Shown piece by piece: positions 37,242-46,466 of a stretch of 64,000 nt of DNA. The stretch is from Planctomycetota bacterium (GTDB lineage Bacteria; Planctomycetota; UBA8742; UBA2392), in the NCBI GenBank assembly GCA_020848275.1, contig JADLAK010000012.1:37301-101300 (forward strand), in the 5' to 3' direction. The position numbers and the translations under genes are program-made. The notes below the pieces were generated by a model, which searched no databases, was not told the DNA's origin, and saw only the letters and a program-made list of their open reading frames with translations. Numbering within the stretch: position 1 is the stretch's first letter; each line of letters begins with the position of its first letter.

Positions 37242-40232
37242 CTAATCCGTCCTCAACTTCTTGATGCGCTGGAACAATGCTTCTTCGCGGCTCATCCACG
37301 AGCCCGCGTCGTCGGTGTCAATCTTCAACCCGCGCAGCCACATGATCTCGTCGTTGCTGAGCAGGTTGCGCAGCAGTTTCGACTCGACCAGGTCGAGATA
37401 ACCGAAAGCCTTTGCCCGCTGGGTCTTGGCGATGTGGGCAAGGCCCTGGTCGGCGTGCTTCTTTGCCTCGGCGATCAGGGCCGCGGCTTCCAGCACCATC
37501 AGTTCCTTGGCCTCGATGCCGCGCAGGCAGCGCGGGTAATTCTCGACCACAAACGCGAGTTTCAACCGGCCCTGCGTGGGCAGCCCGCTTGAGAGGTAGT
37601 CGCGCGCACTGACCAGGAACAACTCGCTGTCGCGCTGTTCGATTGAAATCGCAAGCAGGAAGCGTGCCTTGCGCGCCGCCGTCGCGAGGATTTCAAAATC
37701 GCGCGACGACTGGCGCAGGCTGGCGATCGCCGCCGTGGCCAGCGCCGACGCCTGCTGCGTGCGCGCGCTCATGTTGATGCCATTGAGGTACTGGATTGGC
37801 CCCGCGAGCGCTTCGTCCCACGCCGCGCCCTGCTTCTTCAGGCGGTCGCTGGTGCGGATGCATTCGTCCATCGCTGCAATGTACAGGCTTTCGTTGCGGG
37901 TAAGCTCCGGCACGTTGATGCCGTCGTTGAGTTCGATCTGGCGCAGTTTGTAGTGGATCGACGCGCTGTCGATGGCTTGCGCCGCAATCGCAATTTCATT
38001 TTGATTGAACGGAAATTCCTTCATGATGCTGACCGCGCGCATGACGCGGTCAACTTGATCCTCGCCGGGCAGCACGCCGGAGACCTGCGACGTCAACTCC
38101 GCCAGGCGGTCGCGCCCGCCGCCAAGGCTGAAGGTCACGTTGAGCGCGCCAAGGCCCTGCACAAAAATGTCGCGGCCCGCCGGCGCCGTGGCCACGCTGA
38201 TCGTCGGCGAACCCTCGCCGCCCTCAATGCGGTTGCCCAGGCCGGTGTCGGCCGACAGCAGCGTCGTCAGGCGCTGGCGCTGCGCACTGCCCACGCCGAT
38301 TTCGTTGCGGTATTCCTGCACCGAGATGCCGTCCAGCCGCACAATTTCAGTGGGGATGAACAGCGGCGTTGCGCTGCCGTTGGCGCCCACATAGATGCGG
38401 CCCTCACCCGGCCCCGGCGCCACCTGCAGCGCGCTGCCGATGGTGACAACGGATCCCGCCGCGCCAAGGCGCAGGCGCAGGTCCGTCGGGTGTTCCGTCA
38501 CCGGGTCGAAGAAGTTGATGCTGAAGTCGAGGCTGCCCGGCGCGGCCTTCACTTGCGGCGGCCCGGTCAGGAAATCCATCACGCTCAGCGGGTCCTCCGC
38601 GCCCTCGCGCCGGTGCAGGACAAGCTGGCAGCGGCGCACGAGCGGCGCGTCGCCAAAATTGGCAGTGAAGGTGCCGTCGCCGTGGAATTCCCAGTTCAGG
38701 TCCGAATCGGCGGATTTGGTCGTGGCCGGCGTAATCAACGGCTTGGCGTTGGCGTCTTCGTCAACAGCGAGGTCGTCGTACACCACGCTGCCGCCTTTGC
38801 CGGAAATGCCAAGCGCAATGCGGTAGCCCTTGGCCCCGGCCGGTGTGCCCGACGAGCCCTCAAGCAGCGTCCAGTCCTTCATGCCGGCCTTGAGCACGAC
38901 GGGGGTAATCACCAGTGCGTTGCTGTCGCGCGCGTCGGCATACCACAGCACCGAAACCACCGCTGCGCCTGTGCGGTTGGCGGACATTTCGCTGTTGACG
39001 GCATAAACGCTGACCTTGATGCCGCCCTTGGGAGCGTCCTTCATGGGCCCGACCATGAAGCTGATGCTGTTTTGCGCCGAGAAACGCGACAACTGCATGG
39101 CGTATTGGCCGCCGTGGCTGGCCTCGGTCACGCTGGCCTGGTCGCCCCCGCGCACGTCCCAGCCCCAGCCTTCGGGCAGGCCCGCGGCGTCGAGCGTATC
39201 AAAGGACGGGTTGTCCTTGTCGGCCAGCCCGCCCGGGCGCGCAGGGCGCGTGTTGTTCCCGGCGCCGGCGTCATCGCTGCGCTTGTCGGCCATCACGGTC
39301 ATGGCGGCATAAAGCACGCCGCCCGCCAGCGCGAGCACGAGCAGAATTTCGATGGCGGCAATCAGCGCGCCGCCGCCGCCGCTGTTCTTGACGTTCTGCG
39401 TCAGCGTGGCGTGGTCGGCGACCTTGCTTTCGGCGGCGGCGTCCCGCGCAATCGCCGCTTCTTCGTCCATCGCCTGGGCGAGCTTTTCGCCGCGCTCGAC
39501 GGGTTTGACCGAAGCGTTGGGATCAATGGGCCGGGCCGCGGCGATATCCTTGACCGACATCGGCACGGAGTTGCCGCTGCTTTCGGATTCCTTGCCGGCC
39601 ACCATGAACTGGAAAGTGTGGTTGCCGATGATGATCAACTGGCCGATTTTCAGCAGTGCGGGCTCAGTGATGCGGTGGCCATTCACGGCAACGCCGTTGG
39701 TGCTGCCAAGGTCCTCAAGGACGTAGCCGTCGGCCTTTTTGCTGATGCGCGCGTGGTGGCCCGAGACCTTGGTGTCGTCAGTCAGCACCAGCGCGTTGCC
39801 GTCCTTGCGGCCGATGTTGAAGACATCGCCGAGGATGGGGATGATGCGTTCCTTCAGGTTGCCCTTGATTTGCACCAGCGCCGCGGGCGCAACCACCGTG
39901 CGGGTGCTGGATGCGCTGTCAGCGCCCCCAAAGCCGCTGTCGTCGATGGTCATGTCGACGGCGCCGATGGTCACGAGGTCGCCGGGGGCCAGCACGGCGT
40001 CCTGCACACGCTTGCCGTTGACAAACGTCCCGTTCTGGCTGCCGAGGTCGACGACGGCCCACTTGCCGTCGCGGGGCTCAAAGCGGCAGTGGGCGCGTGA
40101 AAGGCGATTGTCCTTGATGGCGATGTTGGCCTGGTCCGCAGAGCGCCCAACGACGACCGGGCCCGCTAATTCAACGGGAGAGTTCTCGCCCTTTTTGAAG
40201 ACCAGCTTGGGCATCAGTGTGTGCACCCGCAC
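37242..40232 (-). CDS. Protein of 996 aa with two N-terminal FHA domains, one TM segment, and a large periplasmic/extracellular region.
   Basis: FHA1 (VVGRSADQANIAIKDNRLSRAHCRF...GSQNGTFVNGKRV). FHA2 (FNIGRKDGNALVLTDDTKVSGHHARI...GSTNGVAVNG). TM ALIAAIEILLVLALAGGVLYAA. Confidence 0.75.
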   Translation of the reverse strand: MRVHTLMPKLVFKKGENSPVELAGPVVVGRSADQANIAIKDNRLSRAHCRFEPRDGKWAVVDLGSQNGTFVNGKRVQDAVLAPGDLVTIGAVDMTIDDSGFGGADSASSTRTVVAPAALVQIKGNLKERIIPILGDVFNIGRKDGNALVLTDDTKVSGHHARISKKADGYVLEDLGSTNGVAVNGHRITEPALLKIGQLIIIGNHTFQFMVAGKESESSGNSVPMSVKDIAAARPIDPNASVKPVERGEKLAQAMDEEAAIARDAAAESKVADHATLTQNVKNSGGGGALIAAIEILLVLALAGGVLYAAMTVMADKRSDDAGAGNNTRPARPGGLADKDNPSFDTLDAAGLPEGWGWDVRGGDQASVTEASHGGQYAMQLSRFSAQNSISFMVGPMKDAPKGGIKVSVYAVNSEMSANRTGAAVVSVLWYADARDSNALVITPVVLKAGMKDWTLLEGSSGTPAGAKGYRIALGISGKGGSVVYDDLAVDEDANAKPLITPATTKSADSDLNWEFHGDGTFTANFGDAPLVRRCQLVLHRREGAEDPLSVMDFLTGPPQVKAAPGSLDFSINFFDPVTEHPTDLRLRLGAAGSVVTIGSALQVAPGPGEGRIYVGANGSATPLFIPTEIVRLDGISVQEYRNEIGVGSAQRQRLTTLLSADTGLGNRIEGGEGSPTISVATAPAGRDIFVQGLGALNVTFSLGGGRDRLAELTSQVSGVLPGEDQVDRVMRAVSIMKEFPFNQNEIAIAAQAIDSASIHYKLRQIELNDGINVPELTRNESLYIAAMDECIRTSDRLKKQGAAWDEALAGPIQYLNGINMSARTQQASALATAAIASLRQSSRDFEILATAARKARFLLAISIEQRDSELFLVSARDYLSSGLPTQGRLKLAFVVENYPRCLRGIEAKELMVLEAAALIAEAKKHADQGLAHIAKTQRAKAFGYLDLVESKLLRNLLSNDEIMWLRGLKIDTDDAGSWMSREEALFQRIKKLRTD

Positions 40233-40321
40233 GCCGAGACAGGTGCCGACGCTAATTTATTTGGGGCAAACAACTAGGGGCAGCCAGTGTAAGGACGAAT
40301 TCGCGCCGCCGCAAGGCGGGA

Positions 40322-40876
40322 TTAGGCAGGGCCCTTTTTTACCGCATGTTTGGGACGAAAGGCCTTGCATTGGTCTTCGTGCGTCTCAAGCCAGGGGCCT
40401 TCCAGCAGGTCTATACAATAAGGAACGGCGGCAAATACCGCGTCGAGGCAGTCTTTGATCGCGGGCGGGTTGCCCGGCAGGTTGATAATAAGGCTTTTGC
40501 CGCGGGTGCCCGCGATCTGGCGCGAAAGTATCGCCGTCGGCACGACCTTGAGAGAAACCGCGCGCATCTGCTCGGCAAAACCGTCGAGGACTTTGTCGCA
40601 GATTTCAGCCGTAGCGTCAGGGGTGACGTCGCGCAGCGCCGGGCCCGTGCCGCCCGTGGTCACGATCAGGCAACATTTTTCGCGGTCGGCCAGCGTGCGC
40701 AATGTTGCGGCGATCTGCGGGCGTTCGTCGGGGACGACTTTCGTGACGGGCTCAAAGGGCGTCTTGAGGATGCGCGTGAGTTCGGCCAGGATCGCGGGGC
40801 CGCCTTTGTCCTCGTAAACGCCTTTGCTGGCGCGGTCAGAGACGGTGACGATGCCGATTTTGACGGGGGCTTCCAT
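40322..40876 (-). CDS. mogA: Molybdopterin adenylyltransferase MogA/MoaB.
   Basis: GIVTVSDRAS...GGPAI...LIVTTGGTGPALRDVTPDA...INLPGNP are conserved MogA blocks. Confidence 0.85.
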   Translation of the reverse strand: MEAPVKIGIVTVSDRASKGVYEDKGGPAILAELTRILKTPFEPVTKVVPDERPQIAATLRTLADREKCCLIVTTGGTGPALRDVTPDATAEICDKVLDGFAEQMRAVSLKVVPTAILSRQIAGTRGKSLIINLPGNPPAIKDCLDAVFAAVPYCIDLLEGPWLETHEDQCKAFRPKHAVKKGPA

Positions 40877-41081
40877 GGCAGGGTTAGGTCCAGGGCTAGG
40901 GTTAGAGTCAGATTCGAGGCAAACGGCCGAGCTAACCCTAGCCCTATCCCTCTTCCGCCACCAACGAAAAAACTTGGATGCCCCGGGCGCAAGGGCCGAC
41001 CGGACGGCGCTCCACCTTGAAACTAACCCGGTCGTTGTTACCTTTGCCCGGCTTGCGGGACCCTACACAGTCCTTAGATAT

Positions 41082-41156
41082 TGGCCCGTAGTGTAATTGG
41101 TAACACAACAGATTCTGGATCTGTTTTTCTTGGTTCGAGTCCAAGAGGGCCAGCCA
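41082..41156 (+). tRNA. tRNA-Gln (anticodon CTG), 75 nt, CCA encoded.
   Basis: Manual fold. U1-A72 pair and G73 discriminator (Gln identity elements). D-arm GUGU/ACAC. Anticodon stem ACAGA/UCUGU with loop UUCUGGA. T-arm CUUGG-UUCGAGU-CCAAG. One G7.A66 mismatch. Confidence 0.75.
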
Positions 41157-41194
41157 ACTTCAGTGAAAGCCCGAATGTGCCGGGCCGTCATTGA

Positions 41195-41233
41195 GCCCGC
41201 CGTCACCAGAACGGCGGGTTTTGCATTTGTTTT
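41195..41233 (+). terminator. Rho-independent terminator after tRNA-Gln.
   Basis: GCCCGCCGT-cacca-ga-ACGGCGGG followed by TTTTGCATTTGTTTT. Confidence 0.6.
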
Positions 41234-41306
41234 CCCGACGCGTGACAGAAGCGCGCATATCTGGCAACATTCGCCGATTCAAACGGGCCCGGATCGAGTC
41301 GAGACC

Positions 41307-42362
41307 ATGATGAAAAAGCGAATCTTCGCGGAGTTTGCGTTGTTGGGCGTGATTGCGGCGGTATGCCTTGTCATAGCCTGGCCTGAAGCGGCGGGCGTCA
41401 ACAAGGTCGCCGGCGACAATGTCATTGCCGATCCCAAGGATCCCAAGGCTTCACAGGCGCCCGCCGTTGCGCGCACGGCCTATGTCGACTTCGTGAAGTT
41501 GCTCAAGAACGACCCGCTGTTCCTGACGGCGCAACTGAAGGAGATGCATAAGCTCGAGATCGATATGCGCGAGGAGGCCACGACCTTCGACGCCAAACAC
41601 GCCAATGACAAGAAACGCCTTGAGGCCATCAAGCCCGACGAGATGGAATATCGCGACCTGATGAAGGACATCATCGAAAGCAGCGCGAAATCCAACCGCA
41701 AACGCATGACGTTGGAGTCCGAGGCCCAGCGCACAATAGACGAGGAAGCCCAGAAGGCCTTCAAGCGCATCAAGGACCTCGTGGCCGAAATATCAAAGAC
41801 CAAGGGTTATAGCCAGGTCATGCTGATCTCGAGCACGCCCGCCAAGGGCCTCAAGTTCGACGAACTGCAAAAGCAACTGCTGCTAAGCCCGATGTTGATT
41901 TACCCGGAAGAGGACGACATCACCAAGTTCGTCGAGAAGGAAAACTTCCGCCGCAGTTACGGTTATCTTGAAATCGGCGACTCCACGGCCAAGGAAGGCA
42001 CGATCGAGAATGACGGCGTCTGGACGGAAGATGACAAGGGCAATAAGACGCAGCGCGCCGCCAAAGATAAGGTCAATAACGCCGCGGACGTCTGGTTTGA
42101 GTGCAAAGTCGGCGCCAGGTTGTCGCTCAAGTGCGCCGTGACGGACCTCGACGAAAACGACAAGCGCGTGCCCGCCAAACCCGCCAACGCCGAGGTCGAA
42201 TGGACGCTCATCAGGCTGCAGACCGGCACCCTCGACGAAAAAACCGGCGTCTACACGGCGCCCGACGCGATGCCCGCCGCCGGCGACATCGTCTCCATAA
42301 GAGTCAGTTGCAAGAAGGCCCCCTACAAGAACACGACCATCCGTGTGCGGCTGATCAAGTAG
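41307..42362 (+). CDS. OmpH/Skp-like periplasmic chaperone domain with a C-terminal extension of about 150 aa.
   Basis: Signal/TM (FALLGVIAAVCLVIAWP). Coiled-coil Skp-like region rich in K/E. Directly upstream of lpxD, the conserved skp-lpxD arrangement. Confidence 0.55.
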   Translation: MMKKRIFAEFALLGVIAAVCLVIAWPEAAGVNKVAGDNVIADPKDPKASQAPAVARTAYVDFVKLLKNDPLFLTAQLKEMHKLEIDMREEATTFDAKHANDKKRLEAIKPDEMEYRDLMKDIIESSAKSNRKRMTLESEAQRTIDEEAQKAFKRIKDLVAEISKTKGYSQVMLISSTPAKGLKFDELQKQLLLSPMLIYPEEDDITKFVEKENFRRSYGYLEIGDSTAKEGTIENDGVWTEDDKGNKTQRAAKDKVNNAADVWFECKVGARLSLKCAVTDLDENDKRVPAKPANAEVEWTLIRLQTGTLDEKTGVYTAPDAMPAAGDIVSIRVSCKKAPYKNTTIRVRLIK

Positions 42363-42458
42363 TCATCCAGGGCCCGCCGCCTCGGCGTCGGGATGGAACC
42401 AAAATACCGGCACTCCATCCCTCGCTCACGCGGGGGCTTTGTTTTTTACGGAGCAACC

Positions 42459-43532
42459 ATGAAAGCGGCACAACTGGCGCAAATTTGCGGCTGCAAGCTT
42501 GAAGGCAACGGCGACGTCGAGATTTCCAACGTCGCGCTGATTGACAAGGCGACCCCTGCCGACGTCGCGTTTGCAGGCGCGCCCGAATACGTCGCGATGC
42601 TCGATAAATCCAAGGCCGGCGCGGTGCTGGTCAAAGCCGGCGTCAAAACGCCCGAGGGCATGACCGTGCTGCGCGCCGACGACCCGGACGTCGCGTTCTC
42701 CAAGGCGATTGCGGCGCTGCGACCGGCGGCGGTCCATCCCGGCCCCGGCATTTCCGACAAAGCCGCAATTGGCAAGAATTTCAGCGCGGCCGAAGGCGTC
42801 AGCGTCGGCGCGTTCGCGAGCATCGGCAATAACGTCAAGCTCGGCAAAGGCGTGATCGTTTATCCCAACGTATTTATTGGCGACGATGTGGAAATCGGCG
42901 ACGGGACGATCATTTATCCCAACGTGACGGTGCTGTACCGCTGTCGTGTCGGCAAGAAGTGCATCCTGTGGCCGGGCGCGGTGATCGGCCGTGACGGTTT
43001 CGGTTTTCACTTCGTGGCGGGTCACTTCGAGGGTGCGCCGCAACGCGGCACCGTGGTACTGGAAGATTACGTCGAGATCGGCGCGAACACGACCGTCGAC
43101 CGCGCGCGCTTTGACGTCACGCTGGTGCGCAACGGCGCCAAGATCGACAACCTGGTGCAGGTCGCGCACAACTGCGTGGTCGGCCAGCACTGCGCGATTG
43201 CGGGCCACGTGGGCCTGTCGGGCAGCGTGACCTTGAAAGATTACGTGGTGCTTGGCGGCGGCGTCGGCATCGCCGACCACATTACCGTGGGCATGGGCGC
43301 CAAAGTTGCGGCGAAGTCGGGCATCATGCGCGACATTCCGCCTGGCACGAGGTGGGCGGGCTATCCCGCCGACGAAGGCCGCGCGTACATGAAACGCGAC
43401 GCGCTTTCGCGCCGCCTGCCTGAAACGATGGAGCGCATCCGCGCGCTCGAAAAGCAGGTCGCCGAACTTCGCGCGCTGGCCGGCAAGACGAGCCAGGCCG
43501 AAAGTGACGAAGCCGACCGCAACGCCGAGTAA
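42459..43532 (+). CDS. lpxD: UDP-3-O-(3-hydroxyacyl)glucosamine N-acyltransferase LpxD.
   Basis: Left-handed beta-helix hexapeptide repeats and LpxD N-terminal domain ([40 protein letters not shown]...). Confidence 0.85.
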   Translation: MKAAQLAQICGCKLEGNGDVEISNVALIDKATPADVAFAGAPEYVAMLDKSKAGAVLVKAGVKTPEGMTVLRADDPDVAFSKAIAALRPAAVHPGPGISDKAAIGKNFSAAEGVSVGAFASIGNNVKLGKGVIVYPNVFIGDDVEIGDGTIIYPNVTVLYRCRVGKKCILWPGAVIGRDGFGFHFVAGHFEGAPQRGTVVLEDYVEIGANTTVDRARFDVTLVRNGAKIDNLVQVAHNCVVGQHCAIAGHVGLSGSVTLKDYVVLGGGVGIADHITVGMGAKVAAKSGIMRDIPPGTRWAGYPADEGRAYMKRDALSRRLPETMERIRALEKQVAELRALAGKTSQAESDEADRNAE

Positions 43533-43761
43533 CCTCTTGACGCGTCAATAACGCCGTGATGGGTCCGAAATAACTTTCATCGCAACCTGTCCAAGCTTTT
43601 GGACGCGGCGCCCGGCCGCGTTCAAAATTTCGAGCGCGTCGCATCACAAAACAGCCGCCGGCGTCCGCAACCGCCGGGCGCCGCGGCTGATTTCCATTTG
43701 GCATCCATTGCGCTCTCCCAGCCTCAACAACTTCACAGGCTCTTTTGGGGAGGGTTCGGCA

Positions 43762-44892
43762 ATGAACCGCCCAGGCTGGTTGATGGCCGTTTGCGCTTTG
43801 ACATGCAGCGCCTGCATCGTGCTCAGTTGCGACAAAGTCAGACCTGAAATATCCACTTCTCCCGCTCCCGTGGCACAACCGGCCGATGGTCCCGCCATCG
43901 CCGTTTTCGAGGGCGCCCTCGGCCTGGGTGCGATCGCCAACGGCGCGCCAGCCGCCAACGCGCGCGATTTTGGCGCGCGCGACATTGCGGCGGGGCCCGG
44001 CAACCCCGTCACTATCGTTATCGAGAATTCCGGCGCCGCGGATTTGTCGCTGGGCGCGCCGGCGCTGGCCGGCCAGGGCGGCGAGTTCCTGCTCGATGCC
44101 GCGTCGATGCTCACCTTGCTGACGCCTGGCGCCAACACCGCTTTCACCGTCGCCTTCGACCCGGCGACGGCGGGCCAGAAAACCGCGACGGTGTCGTTCA
44201 CGCACAACGGCGCCAACTCGTCGACGCCGTTTTCCTTCAGCGTCACGGGCACCGGCGCCGACGGCGCGCTTCCCGCGTTGACGCCGAACATCTCGGTCGC
44301 CGGGCCGGCGTCTGCGCCCGAAGGCAACAGCGGCGCGTCTACGTTTTCTTTCACCGTAAGCCTTAGCGCCGCAACCTCGTTGACGGTTTCCGTGAATTAC
44401 GCGACGACGGACCTGACGGCGTTGGGAGGCCAGGACTACACCGACGCCGCCGGCGTGCTCACGTTCAGCGCCGGGCAGACCTCCAAGGCCGTCGCAGTCT
44501 CAGTGATCGGTGACGCCACCGTCGAGAGCGACGAGCAATTCAGCCTCGACTTGTCCGGCGCCTCCAACGGCGTCATCGTTGGCGCGTCGGCCACCGCGAC
44601 CATCCTCAATGACGATTCCGTCGCCGGGGTGGTTTCCTACGCCGCCGACATCCAGCCGATTTTCAATGCCCGCTGCGTCTCCTGCCACCCCAGCGATGCG
44701 GGACTGAACCTGACGAGTTATTCGCGCGTGATGTCCTCGGGCAAGGTTGTCGCGGGCGACAGCGCGGCCAGCAAGATTTACCGCGTCGTTTCCGGCAGCA
44801 ACCCAAGCATGCCGCCCAGCGGCGGGCCGCTGACCGCCGCGCAAGTGAAAGCCATCAAGGATTGGATCGACGCCGGGGCGCTCAATAACTGA
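43762..44892 (+). CDS. Secreted protein with a Calx-beta domain and a C-terminal Planctomycete-type cytochrome c domain (PSCyt1-like, CxxCH).
   Basis: Calx-beta-like NYATTDLTALGGQDYTDAAGVLTFSAGQTSKAVAVSVIGDATVESDEQFSLDL. ADIQPIFNARCVSCHPSDAGLNLTSY resembles PSCyt1. Confidence 0.55.
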   Translation: MNRPGWLMAVCALTCSACIVLSCDKVRPEISTSPAPVAQPADGPAIAVFEGALGLGAIANGAPAANARDFGARDIAAGPGNPVTIVIENSGAADLSLGAPALAGQGGEFLLDAASMLTLLTPGANTAFTVAFDPATAGQKTATVSFTHNGANSSTPFSFSVTGTGADGALPALTPNISVAGPASAPEGNSGASTFSFTVSLSAATSLTVSVNYATTDLTALGGQDYTDAAGVLTFSAGQTSKAVAVSVIGDATVESDEQFSLDLSGASNGVIVGASATATILNDDSVAGVVSYAADIQPIFNARCVSCHPSDAGLNLTSYSRVMSSGKVVAGDSAASKIYRVVSGSNPSMPPSGGPLTAAQVKAIKDWIDAGALNN

Positions 44893-44918
44893 GCGCCGGT
44901 GTGTGTTTGGAGAGGACC

Positions 44919-46064
44919 ATGAGATTTCTGCTGTTGATTGCCGTGTTGTGTGCGCCGGTTTTGTGCGCGCAAGACGCCGCCCCGGCCAAGCCGCCCGCGG
45001 AAAAGGAGACGCTGTTGCAGCGGACCGTGTTCCGCTTCGGCGGCAGCTTCGCGACGTCCTACGGCGCGCTGATCCCCACACCCGGCCAGACGCAAACGGT
45101 CATTCCCGAGGAAGGTTTCGTCGGCGAATTTTCGCTGATGTTGAAGATCGAGCCGCCGGTGAAAGGGCTGAGCGGCTCATTTCGCGCGTGTTTCAGTTGT
45201 CACGCCTTTGAGGTCGAGACCGCCACGGTGCAGTATCGGCCCTCCAGCGAAATCTGTGTGCGCGCCGGGCGCTTCAACCTTCCGCTGGGCGGAATCAACG
45301 ACCGTCACGACCCCGGCGTGCGCAAGACCGTCAGCATGCCGCTGACGCGCACGATGGGAAACATGGTGCGCCAGCGCGAATTCAACCTCGGTGTGCTGCC
45401 CGCGCCGGCCGTTGACACGGGCATCGATGTTTCGGGCAGCATCGACTTGTTCGGCGCCGGCTTCAGCTTCAGCTACGACGTCTTTTGCGTCACCGGCCTG
45501 CGCGGCGAGGGCGCCGACATCAGCTTCGTTTCCAGCCGCAGCCCGCTGGACAATAACGGCGAACCCGCGGCGGGCGCGCGCGTCGGCCTGGACAGCGCAT
45601 ATTTCTCGGTCAGCGGCTCGTTCATGTTCGGCCACCAGGACGAGGCGCGGCGATTGTCGTATTCGGTCGCCTCGCTGGATTTCCAGCTCCGAATAGGACG
45701 CTTGTCCGTCGAGGGCGAAGTTGCGGCGCGTCACACGCAATTCCTCAACGCGGGCGGCCATGCGCAGACCTGGCGAAAGTATGGCTATTACCTCCAGGCG
45801 GACCTGGACATCTGGGAGGAGTTCTACCTGGTGTTTGCGGTGGACGGGCTTTATGTCGCGGACGTTTTCCTGGGGCCAAGCGGCCCGGTGAAGACCCGCG
45901 CGCCTGACACCACCGACGACCGCAATGCGCTGTTTCGCGCCGTGGCCGGCGTGATGTGGTCGCCCTGGAGCTCGCTGCGGCTGAAACTTGATTTCGAGTA
46001 CTGGAACTTCAGTGACTTCAACGACGCGTATGTCGTCCAGGCGGGTGTGGGATGGGCATTCTAA
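44919..46064 (+). CDS. Signal-peptide protein, possibly an outer-membrane beta-barrel (hypothetical).
   Basis: Signal peptide MRFLLLIAVLCAPVLCAQD. Alternating amphipathic beta-strand-like segments. C-terminal aromatic residue (WAF). Confidence 0.45.
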   Translation: MRFLLLIAVLCAPVLCAQDAAPAKPPAEKETLLQRTVFRFGGSFATSYGALIPTPGQTQTVIPEEGFVGEFSLMLKIEPPVKGLSGSFRACFSCHAFEVETATVQYRPSSEICVRAGRFNLPLGGINDRHDPGVRKTVSMPLTRTMGNMVRQREFNLGVLPAPAVDTGIDVSGSIDLFGAGFSFSYDVFCVTGLRGEGADISFVSSRSPLDNNGEPAAGARVGLDSAYFSVSGSFMFGHQDEARRLSYSVASLDFQLRIGRLSVEGEVAARHTQFLNAGGHAQTWRKYGYYLQADLDIWEEFYLVFAVDGLYVADVFLGPSGPVKTRAPDTTDDRNALFRAVAGVMWSPWSSLRLKLDFEYWNFSDFNDAYVVQAGVGWAF

Positions 46065-46402
46065 AGACAACCGTGGTGGGACTATTGGGGGCGTGCTGTC
46101 TCGCGCTTTGCGGCTGCGCATGGTTGATGCGTGAAAAGCCGGCGGAGCAGACAGACCCGCGCTTCAAGGATTACCCGCCGGAGCAGAAGAAAAATTGGCT
46201 GCTGACGGAAAACCGCTGCAGCAAGTGCCACGACATCGACCGCACGTTCGAGTCCATGTGGATGATGGACAACCGGCGCGACATCGAGGCGATGGTCGAG
46301 GACATGGCCGATCGCAAGGGCGCAGGTATCACCAAGCCCGAACAGGTGCAGATCGCCGACTTCCTCGACTATTACCGCACCAACCCCAAAACCGCCGAAT
46401 AG
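46052..46402 (+). CDS. Small lipoprotein-like protein (116 aa) with a single CxxCH haem-binding motif.
   Basis: Lipobox-like LALCGCAW. CSKCHD motif. Overlaps the upstream gene by 13 nt. Confidence 0.45.
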   Translation: MGILKTTVVGLLGACCLALCGCAWLMREKPAEQTDPRFKDYPPEQKKNWLLTENRCSKCHDIDRTFESMWMMDNRRDIEAMVEDMADRKGAGITKPEQVQIADFLDYYRTNPKTAE

Positions 46403-46466
46403 CTCATGCTGGTTGCCGTGGCGGCGCGTGTTCTATATCGTCGCGCGCGGTCCGGTACGGCCAACC

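Noticed and set aside
35579-40100. Plus-strand ORFs 35579..37129 (516 aa) and 37953..40100 (715 aa) opposite the PilM/N and FHA genes
   Set aside because: Antisense artefacts. FHA and PilM motifs are present only in the minus-strand frames.
42426-43280. 284-aa minus-strand ORF opposite lpxD
   Set aside because: Antisense to the hexapeptide-repeat acyltransferase.
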